Shown here: piece by piece, positions 9,633 to 20,220 of the stretch | Layout: the number at the start of each line of letters is the position of its first letter | Position numbering within the stretch: position 1 is the stretch's first letter | NCBI GenBank assembly: GCA_965204375.1 | Contig: OZ241986.1 | Span: 2,656,001 to 2,720,000, forward strand | Origin: Candidatus Latescibacterota bacterium | Lineage (GTDB): Bacteria > Latescibacterota > UBA2968 | Direction: 5' to 3' | DNA length: 64,000 nucleotides | Program-made: the position numbers and the translations under genes | Notes under the pieces: generated by a model | What the model was told of the DNA's origin: nothing | The model's database searches: none | The model's input: the letters and a program-made list of their open reading frames with translations, nothing else

Positions 9633-10607
9633 ATGCACCACAAGGCCCCAGAGTATCACGTTCCGATCTTGGGGCCAGATGTGTCAAAATATCTCATGAT
9701 CGATCCCAATGGAATTTATGTCGATGCCACCTTGGGAGGGGGCGGACACGCTGAAATTATGCTCAATCATCTGGGACCTGATGGCAAATTGATCGGCATT
9801 GACCGCGATCCCAAAGCCATCGAAGTCGCGGCAAAACGCCTGTCTCCATTCAAAGATCGCGTTTATACAGTGCAAGCACCGTTTTGGAATCTTCGGCATA
9901 TTTTGGCTGAACAGGGTCTCGCGACAATCGCGGGTATTTTATTTGATCTGGGTCTCTCATCTCACCAGATTGACAATGCCGACCGGGGGTTCAGCTTTCA
10001 GCAACGCGGTGCGCTTGATATGCGTATGGGCCCCGATGCAAAATGCACGGCCCACGAGGTGGTCAATTCGTATTCGCAGGAAAATTTGACCCGCGTCATT
10101 AAAACTTATGGTGAAGAACGCGCAGCTGCCCGCATTGCCCGAGCAATCTGTGAAAACAGACCTCTTAATTATACGGATGATCTGGCCGATGTAATTGTGC
10201 GGCACAGTTATGGTCCTCGAAAGCAAAAGACGCTTGCACGGGTCTTTCAAGCGCTTCGCATTGAAGTCAACGACGAATTGACACATCTTGAAGACGCCCT
10301 TCAAACAGCAATTGACTTGCTCAAACCCGGTGGGCGCATTGGCGTTTTATCTTATCATTCGCTGGAACACCGCGCGGTCAAACGGGTTTTTGAACTGGGC
10401 ACGCGCGATTGTATCGGGCCTGTGGGTCTGCCCTTATGCGCGTGTGATCGCCTGCCTGTATTGACCTTGCCGAGAAAGCGAGCTATTCGACCAAATCGGG
10501 CGGAAATCGCCCAAAATCCACGGGCACGTAGCGCAACACTTCGCCTGGCGCAACGCCTTGATGTTTTCGCTCAGCCCTGGTTATGTCATCAAGGACTACT
10601 GTCGTGA
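9633..10607 (+). CDS. rsmH: 16S rRNA m4C1402 methyltransferase
   Basis: VDATLGGGGH, DLGLSSHQ, LDMRM, FQALRIEVN, NPRARSA. Confidence 0.97.
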   Translation: MHHKAPEYHVPILGPDVSKYLMIDPNGIYVDATLGGGGHAEIMLNHLGPDGKLIGIDRDPKAIEVAAKRLSPFKDRVYTVQAPFWNLRHILAEQGLATIAGILFDLGLSSHQIDNADRGFSFQQRGALDMRMGPDAKCTAHEVVNSYSQENLTRVIKTYGEERAAARIARAICENRPLNYTDDLADVIVRHSYGPRKQKTLARVFQALRIEVNDELTHLEDALQTAIDLLKPGGRIGVLSYHSLEHRAVKRVFELGTRDCIGPVGLPLCACDRLPVLTLPRKRAIRPNRAEIAQNPRARSATLRLAQRLDVFAQPWLCHQGLLS

Positions 10608-10897
10608 CTTCAGAACCGCGCCCGCCCTGGGGGATTTATCGCTCTGGTTTTTTATCGATTATTCTCCTCGTTGCGGGATTGCTAATTTATATGTGGGGGC
10701 ATGTGCAAACCCTGAGTCAGGGGCGTGAAATCGACCGGCTGAGTGAAGAGCGAAAAAATCTTTTGAACCAGCAAGAGCGACTCCTGGCACGCACAGCGAG
10801 TTTGAAGCAGAGCAAACGCATTCGCGATATTGCCGTTCGAGAATTGGGCATGGTGTTCCCAAGTGATCCACCGAAAAATTTGTATTTGAGTCGATAA
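10583..10897 (+). CDS. ftsL: Cell division protein FtsL
   Basis: One TM helix plus coiled coil, RIRDIAVRELGMVFP; between rsmH and ftsI. Confidence 0.85.
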   Translation: MSSRTTVVTSEPRPPWGIYRSGFLSIILLVAGLLIYMWGHVQTLSQGREIDRLSEERKNLLNQQERLLARTASLKQSKRIRDIAVRELGMVFPSDPPKNLYLSR

Positions 10898-12975
10898 TGA
10901 ATAACCGCTTAAGAATAATCGCGTTTTTCGGTATGGGATTCGCGCTACTTTTGGCGTTTCGGTTGGTTTCTCTACAAGTCTGGTCGGTGGAGACATACGC
11001 AGACCAGGCGCGTAGTCAGCATGTCAAGAAGCGGGTTTTACTGGCAGAAAGAGGACGCATTTTTGACCGACGCGGCCGGGTGCTGGCGACAAATCTCGAA
11101 TCCCAATCGTTCTTTCTCAATCAAATATCCGATAGAGACAGCCTCCGTGCGCTCGCCGTTCGGTTTTCTCGGCAATCCGGACATGATGAGGCATCTCTCC
11201 TTGAAAAGGTAGAACGCTCGCGCTCCTTCGTGTGGCTAGCTCGTCAGGTCATCGATGCACCTACTGGATTGCCAGAAGGTATCGGGCGCATTGTTGAAAT
11301 GAGGCGCAATTATCCCATGGGGACTCTGGCGGGTCAGGTATTGGGATATACCGATACCGATGGCCTGGGAATCGAAGGCATTGAACGCGCTTTTGATCCA
11401 ATCTTGAGGGGCGAGCCAGGGGAGTTATCCGCACGCGTTGATGCGCGGGGGCAAATGCTCAGCACACTCGGCGCAGTTCGGCAGATGCCTAAAAATGGCG
11501 ATGACATCACTCTTACCATCGATGCCGATTATCAGGCTATTGCAGAAGAAGAGTTGCTAAAAGGCATGCAGAATTACAATGCCAAAAGCGGCGTTGCCAT
11601 TGTAATGGAACCTCATACGGGCGAAATTTTAGCACTGGCAAACGCGCCCTTTTACGATCCAAATGATTTTTCAAAATCAGAACTCTGGATACGACGCAAT
11701 CGATCGGCAACCGATCAGTTCGAGCCGGGATCAACCTTTAAGGTTGTGGCATTTGCAGCCGCGCTCGAAGCCGGCCTGGTTGAGCCAGAAGATAAAATTT
11801 TCTGTGAAAATGGCAGAATGCGTATTGCTGGTGGCAAAATACTTCGAGACTCACATCCCAGTGGCTGGCTGACCGTGCGGGAAGTAATGGAAGAATCGAG
11901 CAATATTGGCACGGCTAAAATCGCGCGTAAAGTGAAAAAAGGGCCCTTATATCGTCAGATGCGCTTATTTGGCTTTGGCGCCAAAACAGGTGTGGATTTG
12001 CCGGGCGAAGTCGGCGGTCAACTTCGCCATCCAGATAAATGGTCGGCACGATCATTGGAAACCCTTTCCATTGGACAAGAGATCGCCGTGACCGCCCTTC
12101 AGGTCGCCGCTGCTTATAGCGCGATTGCCAATGGGGGACGATTGATGACGCCGCGTATTTTTTTGAGAGCTTCTCGCAAAGATTCCACAACGGTCGAAGG
12201 ATCGCGCAGACCAATTCGAAGGGTAATATCGCCCGAAACAGCGCGCACTCTTACCAGTTTTCTCGAAGGCGTTGTCAGTCACGGCACGGGTAAAAATGCG
12301 CGCATATCCGGTTATCGGGTCGCCGGAAAAACCGGAACAGCACAACAAGTGAAAGAAGGACAACCCGGATACGATCCCAATCGCTACATTCCGTCTTTTG
12401 TGGGATTTTTGCCCGCTGAACGCCCCGAGTTGCTGTGTCTGGTGGCCATAGATAGTCCCCAAAAGATTCACTGGGCAAGTCTGGTTGCTGCACCTGTTTT
12501 TAGCAGCATTGTAAAGCGAATTTTAAGCCTGCGGCAAGCTCCTCTGCGTCACAGCGCGCCCCTGCTTGATGAACAGCCGCCGCCACCTCCACGCACCGAC
12601 ATTCATCTGGTGGGCCTTTCGCGGAAAGCTGCAACAGATGCCCTGAAGCGTCTGGGAATGACCTATCAAATTGCGGGCGAAGGAGACCGCGTTGTTGGAC
12701 AGCATATCGACATTGAGGAAAATAATGTCTCGTTGTTTTTGGCTTCCTCGCCAATCACCACTCCCGATCACCGCACAGAGGCCAAAGGGTCTGAAGCACT
12801 TTACATGCCCGATGTGCGCGGAGCACCTGTGCGGCAGGCGGTTGCCCAATTGACACAGTTGGGGTTCCAGATCAAAATTTCAGGTAGTGGGCGGGTGATC
12901 GCACAATCGCCCGAACCGGGTGCAGCCGTAAAACCGGGAACAGTATGCACGGTCGAATGCAAACGAGAAAGTTGA
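10897..12975 (+). CDS. ftsI: Division transpeptidase PBP3 with PASTA domains
   Basis: RGRIFDR, EPGSTFK, SSN, GKTGTAQ; C-terminal PASTA repeats. Confidence 0.95.
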   Translation: MNNRLRIIAFFGMGFALLLAFRLVSLQVWSVETYADQARSQHVKKRVLLAERGRIFDRRGRVLATNLESQSFFLNQISDRDSLRALAVRFSRQSGHDEASLLEKVERSRSFVWLARQVIDAPTGLPEGIGRIVEMRRNYPMGTLAGQVLGYTDTDGLGIEGIERAFDPILRGEPGELSARVDARGQMLSTLGAVRQMPKNGDDITLTIDADYQAIAEEELLKGMQNYNAKSGVAIVMEPHTGEILALANAPFYDPNDFSKSELWIRRNRSATDQFEPGSTFKVVAFAAALEAGLVEPEDKIFCENGRMRIAGGKILRDSHPSGWLTVREVMEESSNIGTAKIARKVKKGPLYRQMRLFGFGAKTGVDLPGEVGGQLRHPDKWSARSLETLSIGQEIAVTALQVAAAYSAIANGGRLMTPRIFLRASRKDSTTVEGSRRPIRRVISPETARTLTSFLEGVVSHGTGKNARISGYRVAGKTGTAQQVKEGQPGYDPNRYIPSFVGFLPAERPELLCLVAIDSPQKIHWASLVAAPVFSSIVKRILSLRQAPLRHSAPLLDEQPPPPPRTDIHLVGLSRKAATDALKRLGMTYQIAGEGDRVVGQHIDIEENNVSLFLASSPITTPDHRTEAKGSEALYMPDVRGAPVRQAVAQLTQLGFQIKISGSGRVIAQSPEPGAAVKPGTVCTVECKRES

Positions 12976-12978
12976 GAT

Positions 12979-14433
12979 ATGCGTCTGCGAGAACTGCTAT
13001 CCGACGTGCCAGATGTCGTGAGGATGCGCGGAAATAATCCCAATATCGGGGGTATTGCAACCCATTCGGGACGCGTCAAAGAAGGCGATGTATTTGTCGC
13101 GCTCAGTAGCGATGGACACTTTCCAGATCGACATCCTTTTATTTTTCAGGCGGTTCAGGCAGGTGCTCGAGCCGTTGTTGCCGAACGCGATGTCGATATA
13201 GGGGATACGGCTTTTGTTCAAACGACTAACACGCACCGTGCACTTGCACATATTGCCCGTCGTTTTTACAACAAACCAGGTGAACAGTTGAAAATGATCG
13301 GTGTTACGGGCACCAATGGCAAAACATCGACCGTCTATCTCATCCGCGCGGTGCTCGAAATGGCTGGTCTCGCGCCGGGTTTGATTGGAACCATTGAACA
13401 CGACCTCGGCACAACACGCGAAACATCGCACAATTCTACGCCACAGGCACACGACTTACACCGCATGTTTCGCGCAATGGTCGATGCGGGATGCCGGTCA
13501 GCCGCGATGGAAGTGACCTCACACGGACTCGCACAAAACCGCGTGTTGGGCATTGATTATGAAGTTGCAGTATTCACTAACCTGACGCGCGATCATCTGG
13601 ATTATCACAACACGCCTGACGCCTATTTGGCTGCCAAGGCACAGCTCTTTGACAATCTCAAACCAGATGCTTATGCAGTCGTCAATACAGACGACGCGGC
13701 ATCAAAAATACTGATAAAAAAATGTTCGGCACACTTGTTGGGCTATGGCCGCTCAGAAAATGCGACAGTGCGCATTTTAGAGGGTAGCACATCGCTGGAT
13801 GGTACGCGACTTTACTTGCAAACGCCGCACGGACAGATGGACCTGGAACTGGCACTTCGGGGCGATTTCCAGTTGTATAATGCCACTGCAGCAGTCACTG
13901 CTGGCCTCGCATTGGAAATCGAACCTGACATCATCGCAGATGCTTTGCGCGAAATTCGGATTCCAGGTCGTTTTGAAGGCATTGATTGCGGGCAAGATTT
14001 TGGGGTATTTATCGATTATGCACACGCGCCAGATGGACTGAAAAATGTGCTGCAAACCGCGCGAGCCTTTGCCCGAGGGCAACTGATTTGCGTATTTGGA
14101 TGCGGCGGGGACCGCGATAAGGGCAAGCGACCTGTGATGGGCGGCCTATCTGCACGGTTGGCCGATCTGTCTGTAGTGACATCAGACAATCCTCGCACCG
14201 AAGACCCCGATGCCATCATTGCCGATATTTTGCCCGGTCTGGGGGATGCCCCGCACATCGTTGAACCCAATCGCCGACGGGCAATAGAAAAGGCCATTGC
14301 AAAAGCGCGAGCGGGCGACCTCGTGCTCATTGCGGGCAAGGGACATGAAAATTATCAGGAAATCAATGGGATTAAAAACCCTTTTGACGATCGGGAAGTT
14401 GCACGAGAAATACTCAAGTGCAAAGTGGAGTGA
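12979..14433 (+). CDS. murE: UDP-MurNAc-dipeptide:meso-DAP ligase
   Basis: GVTGTNGKTS, NLTRDHLDYH, DYAH, DNPR (DAP-type), AGKGHE. Confidence 0.97.
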   Translation: MRLRELLSDVPDVVRMRGNNPNIGGIATHSGRVKEGDVFVALSSDGHFPDRHPFIFQAVQAGARAVVAERDVDIGDTAFVQTTNTHRALAHIARRFYNKPGEQLKMIGVTGTNGKTSTVYLIRAVLEMAGLAPGLIGTIEHDLGTTRETSHNSTPQAHDLHRMFRAMVDAGCRSAAMEVTSHGLAQNRVLGIDYEVAVFTNLTRDHLDYHNTPDAYLAAKAQLFDNLKPDAYAVVNTDDAASKILIKKCSAHLLGYGRSENATVRILEGSTSLDGTRLYLQTPHGQMDLELALRGDFQLYNATAAVTAGLALEIEPDIIADALREIRIPGRFEGIDCGQDFGVFIDYAHAPDGLKNVLQTARAFARGQLICVFGCGGDRDKGKRPVMGGLSARLADLSVVTSDNPRTEDPDAIIADILPGLGDAPHIVEPNRRRAIEKAIAKARAGDLVLIAGKGHENYQEINGIKNPFDDREVAREILKCKVE

Positions 14434-15809
14434 TGGGTTATATGGAAGGATTAACACTATCAGATGTAATTGAATCGACCCATGGCCATTGGATCGGAAG
14501 AGATGATCCCTCTGCTATTGTGCCAATCGGGGTCAGTATTGATACGCGGACACTCAAACCGGGCGAAATTTTCTTTGCCTTGCCCGGTGAAAAGATCGAT
14601 GGTCACCAATTTTTGGACGCTGCATTTGCCAGGGGAGCCTGTGCTGCAGTAGTCACCCGGTCTGGTGCTCGAAAATCGCGGCAGGCACTGATCGCTGTCG
14701 ATGCTCCCGATTTAGCTCTGGGTGATCTGGCGCGAGTTTATCGCAGGCGTTTCGACATTCCCGTTATCGGCATTACGGGTAGCAGTGGCAAAACCACGAC
14801 TAAAGATATGATCGCTGCTGTTTTGAGCACGCGGTATCGGGTTTTGGCGACACAGGGAAATCTCAATAACAGACTGGGAGTGCCGCTCACCTTATTCAAC
14901 CTGTCGGCCCATTGCGATGTCGCAGTTATTGAAATGGGCATTAGCGAACGCGGCGGGATGCGCTATCTGTGTGAAATTGCGCAACCGACCATCGGCATGA
15001 TAACCAATATCGGACCAGCACATATCGAGTTTTTCGGCTCTGTAGAGGGTGTGGCAAAAGCCAAAGGGGAACTTCTGGAATATCTAGACGAGTCTTCTAT
15101 GACTATCTTGAATCTCGATGACCTGTTTTTGTCCAAGGAGCAAGCAAAAGTTAAGGGGAGACTCCTGGGCATTGGCATCGAGCAGATATGTCAGTTTCGT
15201 GGGGAGGGACTCAAACTGGATCAGAAGGGCTTTGGTCATTTCTCTCTACAGGGCCATTCTTTTCACCTGTCGATTCCGGGCAAGCACAATGTGTATAACG
15301 CGCTAATGGCCGCAACGGCAGGATGGGCTCTCGACGTGCCCTTACAAGATGCGGCAAAAGCACTTGAAAATTTTACGCTAACTGAATTGAGAAGTCAGGT
15401 ACTGGAACACAATGGGATTCGCATGATCAACGACACGTACAACGCCAACCCCGCGTCGATGCGGGCCGCACTTGAGACCCTATCGCAAATTGAGGTGGAT
15501 GGTCGGCGGATTGCAGTAGTGGGCGATATGCGCGAATTAGGAACAATGACCTATGACGCACATCGGGAATTGGGGCGCGAAGTGGGCAATCGACAAATTG
15601 ACGCACTTTTCGCGCTGGGCGATCTGGCGCCAGTAGTCGTTGAAGGGGGGCGCGAAGCAGGCATAGATCAGGCGTGGGCTTATGCAGACCGGGATGCGTT
15701 AACCGGGGCATTGCAGGCTTATTTGAAACCCGGAGATTTAATGCTCATCAAGGGATCGCGCGGCATTGCAATGGAAAGAATAGTTACAGCACTGGGATTT
15801 GAAATGTAG
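14433..15809 (+). CDS. murF: UDP-MurNAc-tripeptide:D-Ala-D-Ala ligase
   Basis: ITGSSGKTTTK, NDTYNANP, GDMRELG, KGSRG; start 14433 or 14442. Confidence 0.96.
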   Translation: MGYMEGLTLSDVIESTHGHWIGRDDPSAIVPIGVSIDTRTLKPGEIFFALPGEKIDGHQFLDAAFARGACAAVVTRSGARKSRQALIAVDAPDLALGDLARVYRRRFDIPVIGITGSSGKTTTKDMIAAVLSTRYRVLATQGNLNNRLGVPLTLFNLSAHCDVAVIEMGISERGGMRYLCEIAQPTIGMITNIGPAHIEFFGSVEGVAKAKGELLEYLDESSMTILNLDDLFLSKEQAKVKGRLLGIGIEQICQFRGEGLKLDQKGFGHFSLQGHSFHLSIPGKHNVYNALMAATAGWALDVPLQDAAKALENFTLTELRSQVLEHNGIRMINDTYNANPASMRAALETLSQIEVDGRRIAVVGDMRELGTMTYDAHRELGREVGNRQIDALFALGDLAPVVVEGGREAGIDQAWAYADRDALTGALQAYLKPGDLMLIKGSRGIAMERIVTALGFEM

Positions 15810-15836
15810 GGCGAGGGGAACCCCCTCACCTCTTAC
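15806..15836 (+). repeat. Degenerate GTAG-type REP-like palindrome at the murF stop
   Basis: GTAG-GGCGAGGGG-AAC-CCCCTCACC-TCT-TAC; one stem mismatch. Confidence 0.45.
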
Positions 15837-15852
15837 TTTTCAACCTTATTTT

Positions 15853-17058
15853 ATGACACTGACAAACGAACAAAGATATGATCGAACCTGGATTCTGTTG
15901 CTGCTCATTGTGGTTATGCTGGTGGGCTTTGGCACAGTAATGGTGTATAGTGCCAGTTCTGGATTGGCGCAACTGCGATTTGACAACAGCAATTTTTTTC
16001 TCAACCGCTGGGCCATTCGCATGGCCATCAGTTTGGTTGTGATGGTTCTGCTGATTCACATAGACTATCGCGTCTGGCGCAAACAGGCGCGTTTGATGCT
16101 GGCGATAGCTTTTGCTTTTTTGCTCGTGGTACTCATCCTCAAGCTACTTGGCATTGGCGGAGTGCGAGGTGCATATCGCTGGATACCGTTGCCGGGTGGG
16201 CAATTTCAACCCGCCGATATGATGCGCGTAGTTCTGGTACTTTACCTGGCCGATTCCCTGACGCGCCGTCAGGATGTAATTGAAAATTTCAAATCGGGCT
16301 TTTTACCACATGTAGTGGTAATCGGCACGGCAATGGTGATGATTTTGATACAACCCGATTTGGGTACAGCGATGGCAATTGGAGTGACCTGTGCATTGAT
16401 GCTCTATCTGGGCGGTATGCGATTGCGGCACCTCATGGCGACGTTCGCAGGTCTTTTGCCCGTTCTGTATGTGATTATTTTTGTTTTTGGGTATCGTCGC
16501 GAGCGCGTGATGACATTTATATTTCCCAGCGACGATGTGCAAAATACGGGCTATCAGATCGCGCAATCCCTTCTCGCCCTGGGCAGTGGTGGATTTTGGG
16601 GCACGGGCCTGGGACAGGGCCAGCAAAAATATTTCTTTTTGCCTGAGCCCCATACTGATTTTGTATTCAGCATTGTAGGTGAAGAGCTCGGGCTGTGGGG
16701 CACCATGCTCGTTTTGATTTTGTTTTTAATTTTTGGGCGGTACGGATTTCGCACTGCCCGCACAGCTCCCGATACCTTTGGTTTTCTACTCGCTTCTGGC
16801 ATTACTATTACGATTCTGATTTATGCTCTGATCAACATGGGTGTAGCTACCGGGTTGCTGCCTGTCACGGGACTTCCCCTCCCCTTTATCAGCTACGGTG
16901 GTTCATCCTTGATGTTTACACTCTCCGCGACAGGTGTGCTCATTGGTATTGGACGGGCGAGTACTCGACACAGAACCCGTCACGCACCTGCTACATCGCA
17001 AACCATTCCCCGGCACGCGATGTATAAACGACATCACCTCATCATTCCCCGACGTTGA
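15853..17058 (+). CDS. ftsW: SEDS peptidoglycan polymerase FtsW
   Basis: QPDLGTA, GYQIAQS, LPEPHTDFVFSIVGEELG, PFISYGGSS. Confidence 0.96.
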   Translation: MTLTNEQRYDRTWILLLLIVVMLVGFGTVMVYSASSGLAQLRFDNSNFFLNRWAIRMAISLVVMVLLIHIDYRVWRKQARLMLAIAFAFLLVVLILKLLGIGGVRGAYRWIPLPGGQFQPADMMRVVLVLYLADSLTRRQDVIENFKSGFLPHVVVIGTAMVMILIQPDLGTAMAIGVTCALMLYLGGMRLRHLMATFAGLLPVLYVIIFVFGYRRERVMTFIFPSDDVQNTGYQIAQSLLALGSGGFWGTGLGQGQQKYFFLPEPHTDFVFSIVGEELGLWGTMLVLILFLIFGRYGFRTARTAPDTFGFLLASGITITILIYALINMGVATGLLPVTGLPLPFISYGGSSLMFTLSATGVLIGIGRASTRHRTRHAPATSQTIPRHAMYKRHHLIIPRR

Positions 17059-18431
17059 ACGATTTCAAAATGGTCTCATTCGACGCTGGAACCCGAGTGC
17101 ATTTTATCGGCATTGGCGGCATAAGCATGAGCGCGCTGGCCGAGTTGCTCGCCGCACATGGATGCCTCATTTCGGGTTCTGACCGGCAGGATTCACCGCT
17201 CATCCGGCGTTTGGTCCAACTCGGTATTCCCGTGCGAATTGGTCATGCGCGCGATGCCATTGCTGGAGCCGACTGCGTCGTTTACACATCGGCGACGGAT
17301 TCTGAGAATCCCGAAAGAAAAGCCGCGCGTGAAAAAGGCATTCCCCTATTGCGCCGCGCTGAATTGCTCGGTCAACTTGTGAATCCACATCCCGCGATAT
17401 GCGTGGCGGGTACACACGGCAAGACCACCACAACGGCAATGATCACGACCATGCTCATCGCCGCTGGCCATGACCCAACGGCTCTTGTAGGGGGTGTGAT
17501 TTCCGGCTGGGAAACCGCGTTGCACATTGGCAATGGCGTGCATTGGGTAGTAGAAGCCGATGAATACGATCGCTCTTTTTTGACATTAAAACCCAAAATT
17601 GCCGTGGTGACGGCGCTGGAAGCCGATCACCTCGACTGCTACGAAGATATGAACGACATTCGCGCGACTTTTGAACAATTTGTCAATGCCCTGCCAAACG
17701 ATGGCTGCGCTGTGTTGTATGCCGACTCTCCCGAGATACGCATGCTCAACCTCGATAGGCGATACAAAAAAATGACCTTCGGTTTGACAGATGGCGACCT
17801 TCGCGCAACAAGCATTGAACAAGACGGTTTTGGGATGGCTTTTGACGTGTTTGAAAAGAATACGCGGTTGGGGCGTACGCGCCTTCAAGTGCCAGGCAAA
17901 CACAATGTGACTAATGCTCTATCAGCACTTGGAGTTGGCGTGTATGTCGGCCTCAATTGGGCAGAAATCTGTGGTGGTATCGAAGCATTTCGAGGTGTTC
18001 ATCGCCGGTTTGAAATGCTCGGCGAAGCGCGGGGGATCACGGTGGTTGATGATTACGCCCATCACCCCACAGAAATTGCTGCCACACTTCAGGCTGTGCG
18101 GGCGGGATGGTGTGGCCGCCTTGTAGTCGCTTTTCAACCGCATTTGTACACCCGGACGCGCGATTTTGCACCCGATTTTGCCCGAGTGTTACAACGGGCC
18201 GATCGCGTGTGGATCACCGATATTTATCCCGCGCGGGAAGAACCCATTGCGGGCGTTGACGGGAAGTGGCTTGCCGATCAGATTTCCGGCGCAAATTACG
18301 CACCTGCACTAAATGATTTAAAAGCGGCATTATTAAACGACTTGCGTGCTGGAGATCTGCTACTGGTTATGGGTGCTGGAGATATTGAAACAGTTGCCCG
18401 CGATATTTACCAAATGCTTAGAGAAATATAA
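17055..18431 (+). CDS. murC: UDP-MurNAc:L-alanine ligase
   Basis: HFIGIGGISMS, GTHGKTTTT, EADEYDRSF, DDYAHHPTEI. Confidence 0.97.
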   Translation: MNDFKMVSFDAGTRVHFIGIGGISMSALAELLAAHGCLISGSDRQDSPLIRRLVQLGIPVRIGHARDAIAGADCVVYTSATDSENPERKAAREKGIPLLRRAELLGQLVNPHPAICVAGTHGKTTTTAMITTMLIAAGHDPTALVGGVISGWETALHIGNGVHWVVEADEYDRSFLTLKPKIAVVTALEADHLDCYEDMNDIRATFEQFVNALPNDGCAVLYADSPEIRMLNLDRRYKKMTFGLTDGDLRATSIEQDGFGMAFDVFEKNTRLGRTRLQVPGKHNVTNALSALGVGVYVGLNWAEICGGIEAFRGVHRRFEMLGEARGITVVDDYAHHPTEIAATLQAVRAGWCGRLVVAFQPHLYTRTRDFAPDFARVLQRADRVWITDIYPAREEPIAGVDGKWLADQISGANYAPALNDLKAALLNDLRAGDLLLVMGAGDIETVARDIYQMLREI

Positions 18432-18435
18432 GGCA

Positions 18436-19353
18436 ATGTACGATGCACGACGCAATTTGCTCGCGAGAGAGATTCAACGCCAATGCCGGGGAAAGCTCAA
18501 GCGTGATGAATCCCTCGCCAAACACACGACATTTGGGTTGGGTGGTACAGCAGACCTCTTTTTTTCACCAGCCGATCTCAGCGATTTGACCATTGCTGTA
18601 CCCCTGATCAAAGATGCCGGACTCCCGATTTTTCCGCTGGGCGGGGGAACGAATACTCTCGTGCGCGATAGCGGATTTCACGGGTTGGTCATTTCACTTA
18701 CAACGGGCGCACGACGCATTGAGATTGGGGATGATGAGGGCGTCATACAGGCCGGTGCAAGCACGCAGGTGGTATCTCGTCAATGCCAGCGGGCAGGCAA
18801 AACAGGATTGGAATTTGGGTGTGGAATTCCCGGCACCATCGGCGGCGCAATATGGGGCAATGCCGGTGCTTGGGGCGGTGAAACGATGGATCAGGTGAAC
18901 TGGTTGCGCGGTGTTGATCTCAGAACGAGTCGGGAAATTTACCTCGAGCAATCCGACATTTCTTTTGGATATCGACACACAGACTTGCCTGCTGATCTGC
19001 TCATTGTCGAAGCCGGGTTCCGACTTGCAGAAGGCGATCCCAAAACCATTGCCGCCGAGATGAATCGCATGTTGGCAGAGCGCAAGAGCACGCAACCGCT
19101 GTCAAACCGCAGTTCAGGGTGCATTTTTAAGAATCCACCAGGTCATTCTGCGGGAGCACTCATCGATAGTGCCGGATGTAAAGGGATGTCGATAGGTGCA
19201 GTGAAAGTTTCGGATGTACACGCCAATTTTATGGTCAACCTCGGTGGGCATTCCACCGAAGATGTACTCGCGCTGATCGCGCGGGTTCAAAAGCGCGTTT
19301 TTCAGGTTCACAAAATCGAATTGGAGACAGAAGTAAGGATATTGGGTGAATAA
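18436..19353 (+). CDS. murB: UDP-N-acetylenolpyruvoylglucosamine reductase
   Basis: GGGTNTLV, IPGTIGGA..NAGA, SSGCIFKNP, HANF, LETEV. Confidence 0.96.
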   Translation: MYDARRNLLAREIQRQCRGKLKRDESLAKHTTFGLGGTADLFFSPADLSDLTIAVPLIKDAGLPIFPLGGGTNTLVRDSGFHGLVISLTTGARRIEIGDDEGVIQAGASTQVVSRQCQRAGKTGLEFGCGIPGTIGGAIWGNAGAWGGETMDQVNWLRGVDLRTSREIYLEQSDISFGYRHTDLPADLLIVEAGFRLAEGDPKTIAAEMNRMLAERKSTQPLSNRSSGCIFKNPPGHSAGALIDSAGCKGMSIGAVKVSDVHANFMVNLGGHSTEDVLALIARVQKRVFQVHKIELETEVRILGE

Positions 19354-19376
19354 TGATCTTTTCTCAGGAGGGTTTT

Positions 19377-20192
19377 ATGTCTGAGTATAAACCAATCTAT
19401 ATATCTCACAGGTCTAAAAATATAGAGGACGCGATGAATACGACTCTGTACACAACGCCTGCACCGCAGAAACGTCCGCGAAAATTCGCGCGTTGGGTAA
19501 TTGTTATGACACTGATGAGCCTGCTGGGTGTGGGCATCCAAAATGCCTATTCATCGCTGACAGATTCAGATTTCTTTCTCATGACACATATTCGGGTCCT
19601 CGGCAACTCTCTGATGTCTGAAACTGAAGTCGTGGCTCTTTCGCAATTGCAGGTAGGTACAAATCTTTTTGCCTGTGATATAACATCTGTAACAGAACGT
19701 GTGGCACAACACCCGATGGTCAAAAAAGTGTTGCTACACAGAGAACCACCGGAAACACTGGTCATTAGCATTGAGGAACGCCAGCCTGTTGGACTGTTGA
19801 ACACGCCCAATGGTTTGATGGGGCTGGATGAGTCTGGCAAAATTTTCCTCCTGTCCCCTGCGGCGCAGGTGGATTTGCCCATTCTAACGGGTATTGATTT
19901 GCAACGAGATAAGGATGGCTCCTGGGCAAGTGCGCTGGCGAAATTTGTGACGGTATTGCAAATCCGCACACCGGCGTTCTGGCGTGAAATTTCAGAAATT
20001 TGCACGGATAATCCCCATTCTGCTACGGTTTATCTGGTGGCTGATGATCTGGCCCTCAGAATGCGTTTAGAAAACCCCGAAAAGCAGATTCGGAATTTCC
20101 GGGCCTACACCCAGGCCTCATCTAGACTTGGCACAGACCTCGCGTATATTGACCTGCGCTATCGGGATCAAGTAATCGTGGGAAGGCGGTAG
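19377..20192 (+). CDS. ftsQ: Cell division protein FtsQ/DivIB
   Basis: TM plus POTRA domain, C-terminal YIDLRY; precedes ftsA; start uncertain (19353/19377/19434). Confidence 0.88.
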   Translation: MSEYKPIYISHRSKNIEDAMNTTLYTTPAPQKRPRKFARWVIVMTLMSLLGVGIQNAYSSLTDSDFFLMTHIRVLGNSLMSETEVVALSQLQVGTNLFACDITSVTERVAQHPMVKKVLLHREPPETLVISIEERQPVGLLNTPNGLMGLDESGKIFLLSPAAQVDLPILTGIDLQRDKDGSWASALAKFVTVLQIRTPAFWREISEICTDNPHSATVYLVADDLALRMRLENPEKQIRNFRAYTQASSRLGTDLAYIDLRYRDQVIVGRR

Positions 20193-20220
20193 TAGTTCAT
20201 TAGTGAAAGGGACCCACACG

